Assembly (NCBI RefSeq): GCF_964355755.1
Contig: NC_092673.1
Span: 31,803,648-31,867,647 of the forward strand
DNA length: 64,000 nt
Direction of reading: 5' to 3'
Source: Antedon mediterranea
Lineage: Eukaryota; Animalia; Echinodermata
A program made the translations under genes and the position numbers. Each line of letters opens with the position of its first letter. The first letter of the stretch is position 1. The notes below the pieces were generated by a model. That model ran no database searches. It was not told the DNA's origin and saw nothing but the letters and a program-made list of their open reading frames with translations. This document shows positions 1-12,196 of this stretch, in pieces.

Positions 1-1319
1 ATCCATAATCATCAACCCTTTCAATAATGACTTGTCATTAGACAGTTAACAATATTCCTTTCATGTTCAATTCTGATTCATTAATTCAAACATATTATAA
101 AGCATAATCAATGGAAACTTACTACTTTGACCGGATGTAATTAACATTTAAACAAGTCTCTGATTAACTTCAGTTCAGTATCTTAAGCAGATTAACAGTT
201 GGTAGATCCCTAAACATCACAGTATAAATATTTTAATGATATTTACTAAAAACTGGTAAATTAACAGAATTAAATTACTTATAAAAACATCGATGCGAGT
301 CAGCTGCTCGCCATGCTGGATCTACGCTAGTTTATTAGAGACAAGAAAGGACGCCCTCAATGTTAACTAAATAAATATCTGTTTCACACGAAACACCTTT
401 GTTGTTGTACACGTTAGATAGTGCTTTAGAGGATTATTTAGAGTTCATCATAATTCTATTACAAGGACTTTTAAATGACATAATAACTTCACACCTCCCA
501 ATCCTCCTTGTGGTCGTCGAGAAAATCTGCCACAGCATTCCTCATGTCAGCCTGAGTCAATCCATGCCATTGCAGAAGCATGTTGGATTCTTGTGCAAGG
601 GCATGGTAGAGACAATTGCCATCACCAGGGGTTGGAGGGTCACATATTTTGAGTCTGGCATCATAAAGTTTTTTCTGTAATAGATTGTTTCTTTCTACTT
701 CTTGCTTAAACGCTCTGCTTGTTTCATTTAAGGCATCTAACAATGCCAGAGATTCTGCAACGTAAGCTAAAATAAATAATATTAGATAAATACCTTCATG
801 AAAATGTATACGTAGGCTATGTGTATTTTAGCGTCGCTTATGATACATTGTTATATAGTCATGCGTTCGTCTTAAACTAACTATAAGTTTTTGTACAAAC
901 ACAAGCGATACAAACCATTCATTTCTTCTGTCCATTTTTCTGGGAGTGAGTAAAACAATCTGCTGACATCAGATTTATCAGGACCTTTAAAAATAAGAAC
1001 AGTTAGTTATGCCAAAACTATAAATCGTTTAAAATTGTGTTATTTAAACTAACGATAAGTCTCAATTTTATTACTTTTTAAAAATATTTTTACCTTCTCT
1101 TGAAGCATGGAGGTCTACTAAAATGTGTGCAATCTCGCTTTTTAAATCATCAGTGCCTGCAAATGTGTGAATAATAAACTTTACAAAACATAATATTACT
1201 TTTAAATATCCTTTTATCTATTATATATGCAAATACATTGTTGAAAATACTGAGATTTTTTTAATCTACAAAGATATATGTAAGTAATTATTGTGAGTGT
1301 TCTGTGTAACCTACTTCGA

Positions 1320-1450
1320 TTTTTAGTCGCGTGCAAACGAGAATCTACAGCTCGCTATGTCGTTCGTTTGGTTGGTCGGTCGCTCGGTCGGTCGGTAAAC
1401 ATTAACTCAAATTTTAGCAGGCGAATGCAGCCATGTATATGACCTTATTT
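1320..1450 (+). mobile_element. Short Helentron-associated (HINE/DINE-like) element
   Basis: Starts TTTTTAGTCGCGTGC, has an internal (GGTC)n microsatellite and ends GCC..GTAT..GACCTTATTT; lies in a KDZ intron. Confidence 0.45.
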
Positions 1451-4412
1451 CATTACTATTGACTTACTATCTTCCAGATTGGCATTAGTATTCATACATT
1501 TATGGTCTTCTTCTGGCACATGGGAGCGGGCTTCTTCTGACATAACATCAAATGAAACAACATCATCTAACAAAATTCAAATGACATGGTGGGAAATTGT
1601 ACTGTTTCATCTTAAAGTATGTTCGTTGTTTAGGGGTTTTCATGTTGTAGGTTACATGTTTATCACATTAAACCATGAATTGTAAATGTTCTTATTGGCC
1701 TACATGATTACTTCTCGAATAGTATAAGTTGTAACGTTACTGTACCATTTATGTTTTCGACTGGAATAAAGAAACAACTATCAATTGATTTATAGTTATT
1801 TGTGTCAGAGTCGTCTGATTCTATAAAATAAAACACAATTATTTAAAAATGATATGACGGTACTCTTTACTACTGTACTGTGATGTGTCCAAAACTATTT
1901 CTAGTACAACTTACCATTACTTTCATCCGAAATTTCGGGTAAAGGCACGTCTATAAAGAGAATAAAAAAGAGAAAAGAACAATTATATACATACATACAA
2001 ATTATAACATTTGGGATATTAAAACAATTGGAACAAGTACGTACCTGTCGACATACCGACAACTGCTTTATGGAATCGGTCGATCATAAGCTTCTTTCCA
2101 AATACTTTTTCCATATTTGCAATATTCTTCGTGTTCAATGATACATTATGACCATCCAAGATATCCAAGGAAGGCAAAAATATGTGAAGATGCTTTCATA
2201 TTGTTCAGAAAATGTATGTCCCTTACTCTAGACCTATGTAACTGCTCTGCAACCTGTGTATTCAGCATGCCTTTTAGTTGTGGACATATGCCAACTCGAC
2301 GCAATACTTCACTATCTTTATTTGTGTTGGACTGGTGGAACGTGTCATAAAGACAAAGACTGGCATTATCGTCTACACTTTCTAAATATGTGGTAAGTGA
2401 TGGATACATATCATCCAGTGACGGCAGGTGTACTGACACACATCCCTCCTTTGCAGCTTTGATGTTTTGTTCTGTTGGTTCTAATAGACGACCTTCGTGT
2501 GGTTTGAACATTTTGCCTTTTGTTCGTTTGTTACCATGTCTTGCAACCATATGAGGCATGTCGCATATAATAACTGGTGGTTGTTTTGCAAAGGACTTTA
2601 TCAAATCTACGTGATCCCTAGGTCTCTCCGCACGAACTAAAAACTTCACGCCGTAAACAATTCTGTGGGGGCAACTTGCCGAAAGCCAACCGCCTAAAAT
2701 GAAAATGGAGAATTCATTATTAATGTATTAAATTACTTATACATCTCTCATGTTCATAATCAAACTGTAATAGTGTATTAATTAGTAGTGGTAGTAATTA
2801 TGTGTTATTACAGAATCCATTACCATTACTCAGTCTTACTAATATTTTTTTTTTTAAACTGATAAAAACATACCTGAAGCACCCCAGACATTACTAAAAA
2901 CCTTGTTGAACACACTATCCTTCGATAAATGTGAGCGTATTCTCAGAACTATGTCATGTTTTGAGCCAGTTGCCTGTATGCCGCACGTTTTGCATAGATG
3001 TTTTAGCTGACTCACCTTAATTATTGTAAACAAAAATATTGTTGTTAAATATTGAAATATAGGTCTACATGTAAACTGTCTGAAATATTAGGCATTAGGC
3101 CTAGTTTTCATTTTGTTACTATGTTGATGTACGACTACACTATTTGTATTCCAGTTGAGCTATACGTACTTTAACATGACGAGAATGTAGCATTTCAAGT
3201 AGCCGCTCCTCAGATGTCTCACGACAGTCGACCTCAAGTTGAGATGTTTCTCGGATTACCTTTCGGTGTTCTGAATTAGTAGCCCTATTTGCTCTTGTTT
3301 TCTCACCAATATATGGAGCCCAGTTTGTGTACGCCGCTTTGACACTAAATGGGTTGTTTTCCTTCTCTGTTTAAAATATATAAAAAAAAACATCGATTTA
3401 AACAACAAATTAACTGTTATGCCTATTTGTATTAGTCATTTTTGTATTTTTATTTACCTGCAAGTAATCCGTTGATAAGTTTTTCTTTTTTAATCTGTGA
3501 CCAGAAACTCTGTACGTCTACCATGTCGTTTTCTTCATTAAGTTCTGGAAGTTCTAAACCTGAAACTTTAATTTGTAAAATTTCGCATTAAGTTAATGTA
3601 AAACTGTAATTGAGGCTGTAATAATTACTCTCCATGGATGGTTTTCTTATCTAATATTCTTACAAAAAAAAGTAAAGGGTTGTACCATCCAATGAGAAAC
3701 ACGCCTTTTTCTGTAAATCTGTTATAAGTACAGGCGGTTCGATGCCACAGGTTACACACGTAAAGTTGTAGGATCTTTGGCTTAGGGCCTCAAAGTGTTC
3801 CAGTCCACGTATTATTATGCTCGTTGGTAGTTTTTGGTTTAAAGTATTTTCCAAAGCTGCTATCACACTTCCGACAGCTGTATGACTCTGAAATGTAAAT
3901 GTTCCCGATTAGTACAATCATTCACTATTAGATGGTGATATAAGATGCATGGTAATATCAAAATGTTACATTTCTCAAATTATTACATTCTTACAGGAGA
4001 AATAATTAAAACGTTCCAACAACGTACGAAATACACACAGAGAATCGAATTAAAATCTACTTAATACAATGTCATGCACAATACAAATAAATTTAAGTAA
4101 ATATATTTTGATAATGCAGTATTACCATTTGGCTGTGACGCAAAAACTCCAACAAATGCAGAGAAATCGTCCAATTGTCATTGAAATTATGAATACCATC
4201 TTTGTGTTCTTGGTATCGATAAGGCAATGCACATACGTTACAAACTTTTATGTACATGTGCACATCTGTAAAAGGAAAAGGTAAAAACGGTATATAGATT
4301 GTAGATGACCAAACGATACAACTTCCGCAACGTTTTAACGTTTGCAAAAATTATGCAATATTTGGCGTCCGTTCTTGTATACAGTAAATCTAATCCGTCT
4401 TTGGTATCTTAA

Positions 4413-5450
4413 CACTTTGACTGCCAGAGGTTTTTCCAGTTAGAAAGTGCCACCGCCAGCGTTTATAGCCCAATTCGATGTTTTTATCAAAGCTGATTGA
4501 AACTATGTATGTGATCTGATTTACATGTAATTTAGACTAAAATAATCAAAAAGATTTTAGCTTTACAATGGTACCAAGAACGATTTTCAAATCGCAATAT
4601 GTAAATCGTAATAGTAAAATGAAAGTAACCCACTTTTTGAGTTTTTCGTAGTTTTGCGCAAGAAAGTCGAGATATACGCGATTTTGTGCAAGACATCACA
4701 ATATGAAAATATCGCCCGGTGAGATCAACAAACAACGAAAAATTACTTACACGGCACCGGTAGGCCTATAAAAACAAGTTATCACTATCGAAAAATGTAT
4801 TATATTTTATAAATCTTACATCAATGTTTCGCCAAAATCCACATAGTAAAGACACCAGGCCTAGTTAACTAGGCCTAAAGTTGGTCCAGAACCGTTTTAC
4901 GACCGGGCCTAGGCTATAGCCTAGTACTACTACTAGCCTAGCTAGTAAAATGATGATAATATTCATACCATGTCTAAACAAGTTTGTTGCGTGAAACTCG
5001 GCCACTTACAGTGAAGCACCAAAACAATTAGGGTATACATACAATAATAAAATTAAAGACTTCATATTGAAAATTCATCCATTATTTTTTATTCAGATAA
5101 CAAACAAGCATTCCAATCCACATAAACCTTTGTAATGCTTCGGCGGCATAGCTAGCGCGCGACCGATACACAATGCGCCAAACCATCGCTGTACGCGCTA
5201 CTGTGATGCGTGGTGTATATTATTTCTACAGGTACCATTATGACAATCGTTCGTAACCAGATTAGTTACTTTCAAAAAGTAAAATATTCACGGTCCAGAC
5301 CGAATATAGTGTCCATATTTATAGTATATACCAATAATTAACCTATCTACCGGATTTCGTAAAAAAACGCGAAAAACGAAGATCTTCGTTTTTGGCAGTC
5401 AAGCGTTGTGTTTCCAAAAACGAAGATCTTCGTGTTTGGCAGTCAAAGTG
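4413..5450. mobile_element. piggyBac-type non-autonomous element in a KDZ intron
   Basis: TIR CACTTTGACTGCCA / TGGCAGTCAAAGTG, TTAA on both sides (4409-4412, 5451-5454), duplicated subterminal AAAAACGAAGATCTTCG. Confidence 0.85.
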
Positions 5451-7495
5451 TTAAAAACAAAAACAAAAATGTGACCAACCTTTAATAATACCATTCATCG
5501 TTATGATAGATGCATGTCTATTGATGCATTTTGGCAATCCCAACAAAGGGTTATTCAGACAAGAGGTGCAGGTAGTTTCGGCAGGAATCAGTTCATGAAC
5601 ATCACCTAGATCAACTTTCATTAATTCTTTTGGCAGGGGATAGGAAATTTTTTTTATTTTCCCAATGCATGACCATCTTTTCCTTTAAGAATCTTGTTGG
5701 AGGGTACCCATGATTTCTAGAATGACTAGGTACTTGACTTTCTTCGAGAAAAGAGCTAGTGTTTACTTGATGATATTCCGTGTCCGATGCTGTCTCAAAT
5801 GAGAACCACCTAGCCAACACCTAATGTAAACTCGCTTTCCCCTTGGACACTTACAGTGCCATTCGTTTTCTGCTTGTGCGTAGTACACTACAACTCTTTG
5901 CAATCTGCTGTAATAGCTAACAAGACCACAAAAAACTGAATAGAAAAAGCAATTGTTTGTTTTGTAAAAATTTAAAATTGGATAAACACTGACATGTCCT
6001 GAACACGTTGCTGTTGAGTTCAACGTTATTGCCGATTTAATAGTTTCTTCTGTGTACAAGTTGTGAATTTCAGACATCTTCTTTAGGTTTTCAGGGGCCA
6101 AACGGGGCTGTTGCACGTGTGGTTGACTTCCTGCAACAGACAGAAGATGCTTGCATTCAAACCACGTTATGCCACTGTGCTTTGCTACATTTGATGACAT
6201 GCAACATTCGTCTACCTCACAGTACAACGTGGTGTCTCGACCAATTGTTTTTTTCTTAACGTGTATCGGATGCCCAGACCTATTATCCAGTTTAACTGCA
6301 AATATACCTTCTTGCAAATCTACACAAACTGCAGGTAGAAAATGAGTATGTATGCTTTCTGATTCTTTGTGCGCTCTCATCTGGTGCATTTTAAAATTTT
6401 TTTTAAGCATTGATCTGCCACAATCTTTGCAAATTGTTTCTATTATCAAAACTGGCTCTGCAGAACTACTTTTCTTTCTGTGTTCTTTCTTTTTTCAGCT
6501 TTTTGAACTGGCTTTCTACTTGGTTTCTCCGTCGTAGTGTTGACCGTTTTTACTTCTTTGCCCAAAGCAAAATGTTTTACAGTACCCGATGGTTGATGAC
6601 TGCGATTTATGTGTTCTTCTAGTCTAGATGCCTTTGGAAAAGACTTATAAGTGGGTTTACAGTACGGACAGTGCCAGTGACGACGGTTACTTGGTACACC
6701 GGAAAAACACTTACATAGTAATGACTTGTCATCTAAAAAAGTGAACAATGAATAATGCACAAAGTTGTGATTCCATTTAACGCATTTATTTATTGAATTA
6801 AAGACAATACCTTAACCGTTTTTATAATAAAATAATGCAATAAAAAAATCCACATACCATCTACCTCGATGTGTGAACCCCAATGTACAGATCGCAAGTG
6901 ACGTTTCACTTTCCATCTGATATTGGTAAACGAACACAGTGCACAGTGCCATCCCTGACAATGACGTTGTTCATTACAGCGAATAACCCTGCTTCCAGCA
7001 TCCTCCACATTGACAATCGATAGACCTGCAAATTTGTTTTGACACTCATTTTTCGAATAGTATTAATTTTGTTCAAAATACTTTCACTCGACCGCAATGA
7101 TATACAAACATTCGGAAGATTAAACAATTTTAATTATAAAATATGAATTAAGTTATAGAATAATAAAAGTACGGCTACTTACGGACACAAACTCTAAATT
7201 AATGATGCCCTCGGACACAAACTTTTTAAATTGTGGATGTATTTTATGCGCGGCCCATCAATAAACACAGTGTGCAAAATTTGAGCACGCTGTTTAGTGG
7301 TTTTTGAGGAGATACGTAAAATACGCGAAATGTAGTAGCGTGATGAAAATGGTCTTGGGCTGAATGCGTGACAATTGTTTGATCGATTACGCCGAGTGCA
7401 TATTTTTTTTCCAACAATGCGTGAAAGGGCCGCCGTAGCGATAGGTTTGAAACAGACGAGGAAAAGATGCTTTGAATATGATTATTAATATAAAA

Positions 7496-8180
7496 CATGA
7501 CGATCTCTGCTGGGGAATTGGGGTGGGTGGGTAGTGAAAATTAAAAATTTTAGACAAGACATCATACCATATGTATGCTGTATAATGCTTCCTCGCGTGA
7601 TTCATTAAAAATCATTTAGATATTGTCCGGGGCCAAAATCGGTCCGGCCGGACCAGTTTTGGCTCTACATTTGTGGCCAAAAGCAGTCCGCCACTGCCAA
7701 AATCTGTCTTGGTTTTTCTTCTGTCGATTTTAATTTTAATTAAATTATTACTAGGTCTAAGATATTGTTATAATGTTGGATAAATACTATATATAGATAG
7801 ATGTATTTTCTCCAAAAATATATGAATAATTTCGATATGCGCACCATAATATTTGTAAGACCGGACCATATTTGGCTGCCAAAAACAGTCCTACTGCCCA
7901 GACTGATTTAATCGAGGCCGGACCAGTTTTTGACGACCAAAATTGGTCCCGCTGCTCATGTTTTAGCAGCCATTAATGGTCCCCCGGGCCGATTTTGGCA
8001 GCCAAAACTGGTCCGTCAGACCGATTTTGGCCCGGACCGATTTTGGTGTGACCGTCCCGGCCCGAATGATGAAAAGATAGTTGGCCGACCGTAGCCAGCA
8101 TGAGATAGGCGAGGCGTTCATCTCGTCTGAAATTTTCAATTTTCACTACCCATCTAAATTCCTCACCACAGATCGTCATA
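7496..8180. mobile_element. Degenerate MITE with ~60 bp inverted termini and internal GGACC(A/G)..TTTTGGC repeats
   Basis: ATGACGATCT..GGGTAGTGAAAATT at 7496-7557 is inverted at about 8123-8180; no clear TSD. Confidence 0.5.
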
Positions 8181-9060
8181 CTCTATATCAATAAAGTAAT
8201 TATATTTAAAGCAAATTTGCCTCGTCATTTTTTTAACCTTTTGTTATGGTCTTGCTAACACAAATACAAATTGAAAAAGTAATATACTCACTCAGTGGTT
8301 TATCCATTTCGTGGTGTGTGACAATCATTAAACTTACGTATGTAGTAATATTAGCGTAAGGGAAAAGTTCAATATAAGACAAGTACATGGTAAGATGACG
8401 TGACAAATTTATTCATAGAAATTCAGCCAATAAACGGGTTGGGCAGATTTGTTGAACTACTGCACTATTGCAAAATATTGAAATGAATCCACATTGTAAC
8501 TGTTGAGTAACTCCTGGTGGTCCATTTGTTTTCCCTAACAGCGGAATTTTATTTGTTTTAATTTTTATTTTCTAGGCAACAGCCTAATATATTTACCGAA
8601 TTTCAATCATTATGTACAAGTTTCTATATTATTAGAGCCGGCCTATAAACTACTTCGGATATCTGTTGTGGGGACTTTTCCTTCTTTATCATTTTGATCT
8701 TTCTCAACACGACCTAACATGAACTCCCTCCCATCCCCTCCCCAACCAAGCTAAAGTACATTCAAAACCAGAAAAATGATTTAGTTTTAAAATAACGTAG
8801 GCACTAAGTCCAAATATTCCGTCTGGTGGACAAACTGCATTTTTTTTTTATAGAGAGAAAAGAGAGAATGAAAGTGATAAGGTTACACTTCATAGTCAGC
8901 GGCTAACTCAATTTTTTTTTATAATGTGTATTACTAAGCGGTTTACACAACTTTAATTTTGCATGCCACTATTATAAGCATTTTTTATATTTTAAATAGA
9001 TTATTATTACAAATAAAGAGGAACCTGGATGTGAATTATGTAATGATGTAGAATATAATC

Positions 9061-9198
9061 TAAAGCCTTGTCTACACTATCAAACTTTATGTGACAAAAA
9101 ATGTGATGTGCCATGTATGGGCATATCACTACCTTATTTTAATTTGGCACATCCCACTTTTTGGGTCAAACTAGTTTAATAGTGTAAATGGAGCTTTA
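9061..9198. mobile_element. Small MITE (AAGC..GTCTACACTATCAAAC termini); partial inverted copy at about 39008-39096
   Basis: Imperfect TIRs with TA flanks, and a second copy of the internal sequence elsewhere in the window. Confidence 0.6.
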
Positions 9199-9399
9199 TA
9201 ATCAACATTTATATCATAATTCAATTGAGTTCACCAATTTGCCCCAGAAACGTTCAGTGAAGACATTGACCAGAGTGTCTTTGGGAACAAATAGTTCTCC
9301 AAAGAAATACACTTTGCATAACCTTTGAACTTTTCTATCATTTAAAATTCACACTATTTAACTGACCGATCCATCATTTGTAACATCTAAAGATACCGC

Positions 9400-11990
9400 G
9401 GGCATCTGTCACTGACTCTGGTGGACAAACTGCATACTGTATTAGGCATAGTGTAAAACAAACTGCATTTCTCTGCTATTTTTAAACGGACATTAAAAAA
9501 CGGCACGATTTATAGTCAAGACATAATTTGTCACCTTCTGGAAATATTACATTTAAAAAAATTAAATGTATATCATAATATTTTTCGATGACAGACAGAA
9601 TATTGTAATTCAATAAACTCTCTCTAGTGGAAAGTTTGGCTATCTTTTAAGTTATACCAAATATTGGCACGTTTTTGGGCGATGAAATCAACGGCTTATC
9701 TGATGTTTATATAGAACGTACCTGTTGCTATATGTATTTGATCCATATAAATGTACTAAATACAAATTTATGTAAAGATGCCCGTAAACTCTCTCTGGTG
9801 GACACTTTAGTTACACACGGTGTAGGCCTATCCCTATACACACCATACCCCCTACACACCATACCCCCTCCCACCCCCTCCGTTAAACATATCGACCAAA
9901 CATGAACTCCCTCCCCCCTGCTCAAATCCACGATCACACCCAGACAAATTATTTAGTTAAAAAATAACTTAGGTCCAAAAACTCCCTCTGGTGGACAAAC
10001 TGCATATTAGGCCTATATCTATATTAAAACAAACAGCATTTCTCTGCTATTTTTAAACGAACATTAAAAAAAGGCCCGATTTATAGTAAAGACATAATTT
10101 GTCACCTTCTGGAATTATTACATTTAAAAAAATTATATGTATATCATAATATTTTTCGATGACAGACAGAATATTGTAATTCAATAAACTCTCTCTAGTG
10201 GACAGTTGGGCTATCTTTTAAGTTATAACAAATATTGGCACGTTTTTTGGCGATGAAATCAACGGCTTATCTGATGTTCATATAGAACGTACCTGTTGTT
10301 ATAATTTGTAATTGATCCATATAAATGTACTAAATACAAATTTATGTAAAGATGCCCGTAAACTTTCTCTGGCGGACACTTCAGTTGCCTATCCCTACAC
10401 ACCATACCCCCTCCCCCTCACCCCCTGTTGCTATAATTTGTAATTGATCCATATAAATGTAAATATAAATTAATGTAAAGATGCCCTTAAACTCTCTCTG
10501 GCGGACAATTCAGTTACACACGGTGTGGGCCTGTCCCTACACACCATACCCCCTCCCATCCCTTCTGTTGAACATATTATCTCCTCTCCCCACCTTCTTT
10601 CGTTCAAACAAGAACTCCCGGCCCCTCCCATCCAAGCTCAAATACACTCACACCCAGACAAATTATTTAGTTAAAAAAGTCAAAAACTCCCACTGGTGGA
10701 CAAACTGCATATTATTATATTTATTATTAACTGTTATAATATAGAGGGTGCAATCTGTAACGTAGTACCTAATATTCTAGACGGTCCGTAATATATTGCA
10801 CCCCCTAAAATAGATGGTTATTAAACTATTAGGCCTATAGGGTGTGCAATCTGTCATGGGGGTACCTTTTCTATACACAGTCGACCGTAATATATTGTTG
10901 GTGTATATAGATACTGGAAGGGTGTAATCTGTCACGGGGATACAATATTTTTAGACTCCCAGAATTGGATTTTGTATCCATTTGCAAAAACATGACAAAA
11001 GGAGAGGACCAAGAATTATTGTTTATTATATAAATTATTTGATTGAAGACAGTGTTCAGTTTTCGAGATCCTGGTGGTATAGGTACATGTGGTATGTGTC
11101 CATCTTATCTGACCAATTGAACTATTGTGGTTTAGCGTTGAAATAATTAACATTCTTAATCGTATTTTTCCAGTGCAATCTGTCACATAGGTACCTAATA
11201 GTCTAGACTAGCTCTAGACAGTCCGTAATATATTGCACCCATCTATAATAATAGTTATTTACTGTTATATTATAGGGTGTGCAATCTGTCATGGGGGTAC
11301 ATTTTCTATACACTGAGTCGACCGTAATATATTGTATCCCTTGGTGTATATGATACTGGAAGGGTGTAATCTGTCACCGGGATACAATATTTTTAAACTC
11401 CCATCATTGGATTTTGTATCCATTTGCAAAAACATGACAAAAGGAGAGGACCATTATTATTTATTATATAAATTCTTTGATTGAAGACAGTGTTTAGTTT
11501 TCGAGATCCTGGTGGTATAGGTACAATGCGGTATGTGTTCATCTGATTGAACTATTGTGGTTTAGTGTTAAAATAATTAACATTCTTAAATCGTATTTTT
11601 CTGACACAAAAAAAAGGTTCAATATGTCACGGGGGTACCACATATTATAGACAATCCGTAATATTGCACCCTCTATAATAGATGGTTAACTGTTATGTTT
11701 CGGGCGCAATCTGTCATGGGGTGGGTAGGCGCTACCTATATTCTAGACAGTCCGATGGTATATCGTATATAGTTAAGTTAGGGGTTGCAATCTGTCACGG
11801 GGGTACCTGATCAGACAGTCCAAAATATATCTACTCCTTTATTAGGCCTATAGTATTAACTGAGAGTGAATCAGACGTTCGAAAAAAAAAAAAAAAAAAT
11901 AATACAATAATAATTCAATTCAAATTTTATTTCAGAGAAACTTTCCATAGCAACAAAAGAAATGAAATACAGTAGGCCTACATTTGATTC
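9400..11990 (+). repeat. Composite repeat block (~570 bp internal duplication plus GCAATCTGTCACGGGGGTAC arrays), copy 1
   Basis: Colinear with 24160-25970 up to CATTTGATTC; includes an (AATTC)n LINE/SINE-like tail near 11912. Confidence 0.8.
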
Positions 11991-12196
11991 TGTACCAAAA
12001 GTGACGGGCTACGCACGTGTAAGTTAACAAAATGGTGAAATATGTTAAATTTTAAAATTAATATATATCGTTAGAATGCTCGGGAACACCTATTTTTTAT
12101 TTAATTTTCTTGAAGTGTATGTATCATATGTATGATTTATTATGAAATTAGAAGAACAAAAGTTGATTAAGTCATCATTAATGCCATATTAAATTT

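Larger units (their letters stand above)
488..7008 (-). pseudogene. Spliced KDZ (Kyakuja-Dileera-Zisupton; HMGXB3-like) transposase gene with C2H2 fingers, SWIM, CxC4-like, SAP, catalytic core and C-terminal OTU-like protease; frameshifted
   Basis: Exons joined at GT-AG give HCALC..HLRSVH, HCPYC..HINRSH, WHCKC (SWIM), CNVC..YRYQEHKDGIHNFND, FTCVTCGIEPPVLITD, a SAP-like VSQLKHLCKTCGIQATGSKHDIVLRI, WGASGGWLSASCPHRIVYGVKFLVRAERPRD, YDTFH, LNTQVAEQLH, then PGDGNCLYHAL (OTU, 489-743). Frameshifts near 6448, 5820 and 2160. The gene probably continues left of the window. Confidence 0.75.

Noticed and set aside
8066-8130. C/D snoRNA-like ATGATGA...CTGA
   Set aside because: No terminal stem or recognisable guide, and it overlaps a MITE end.
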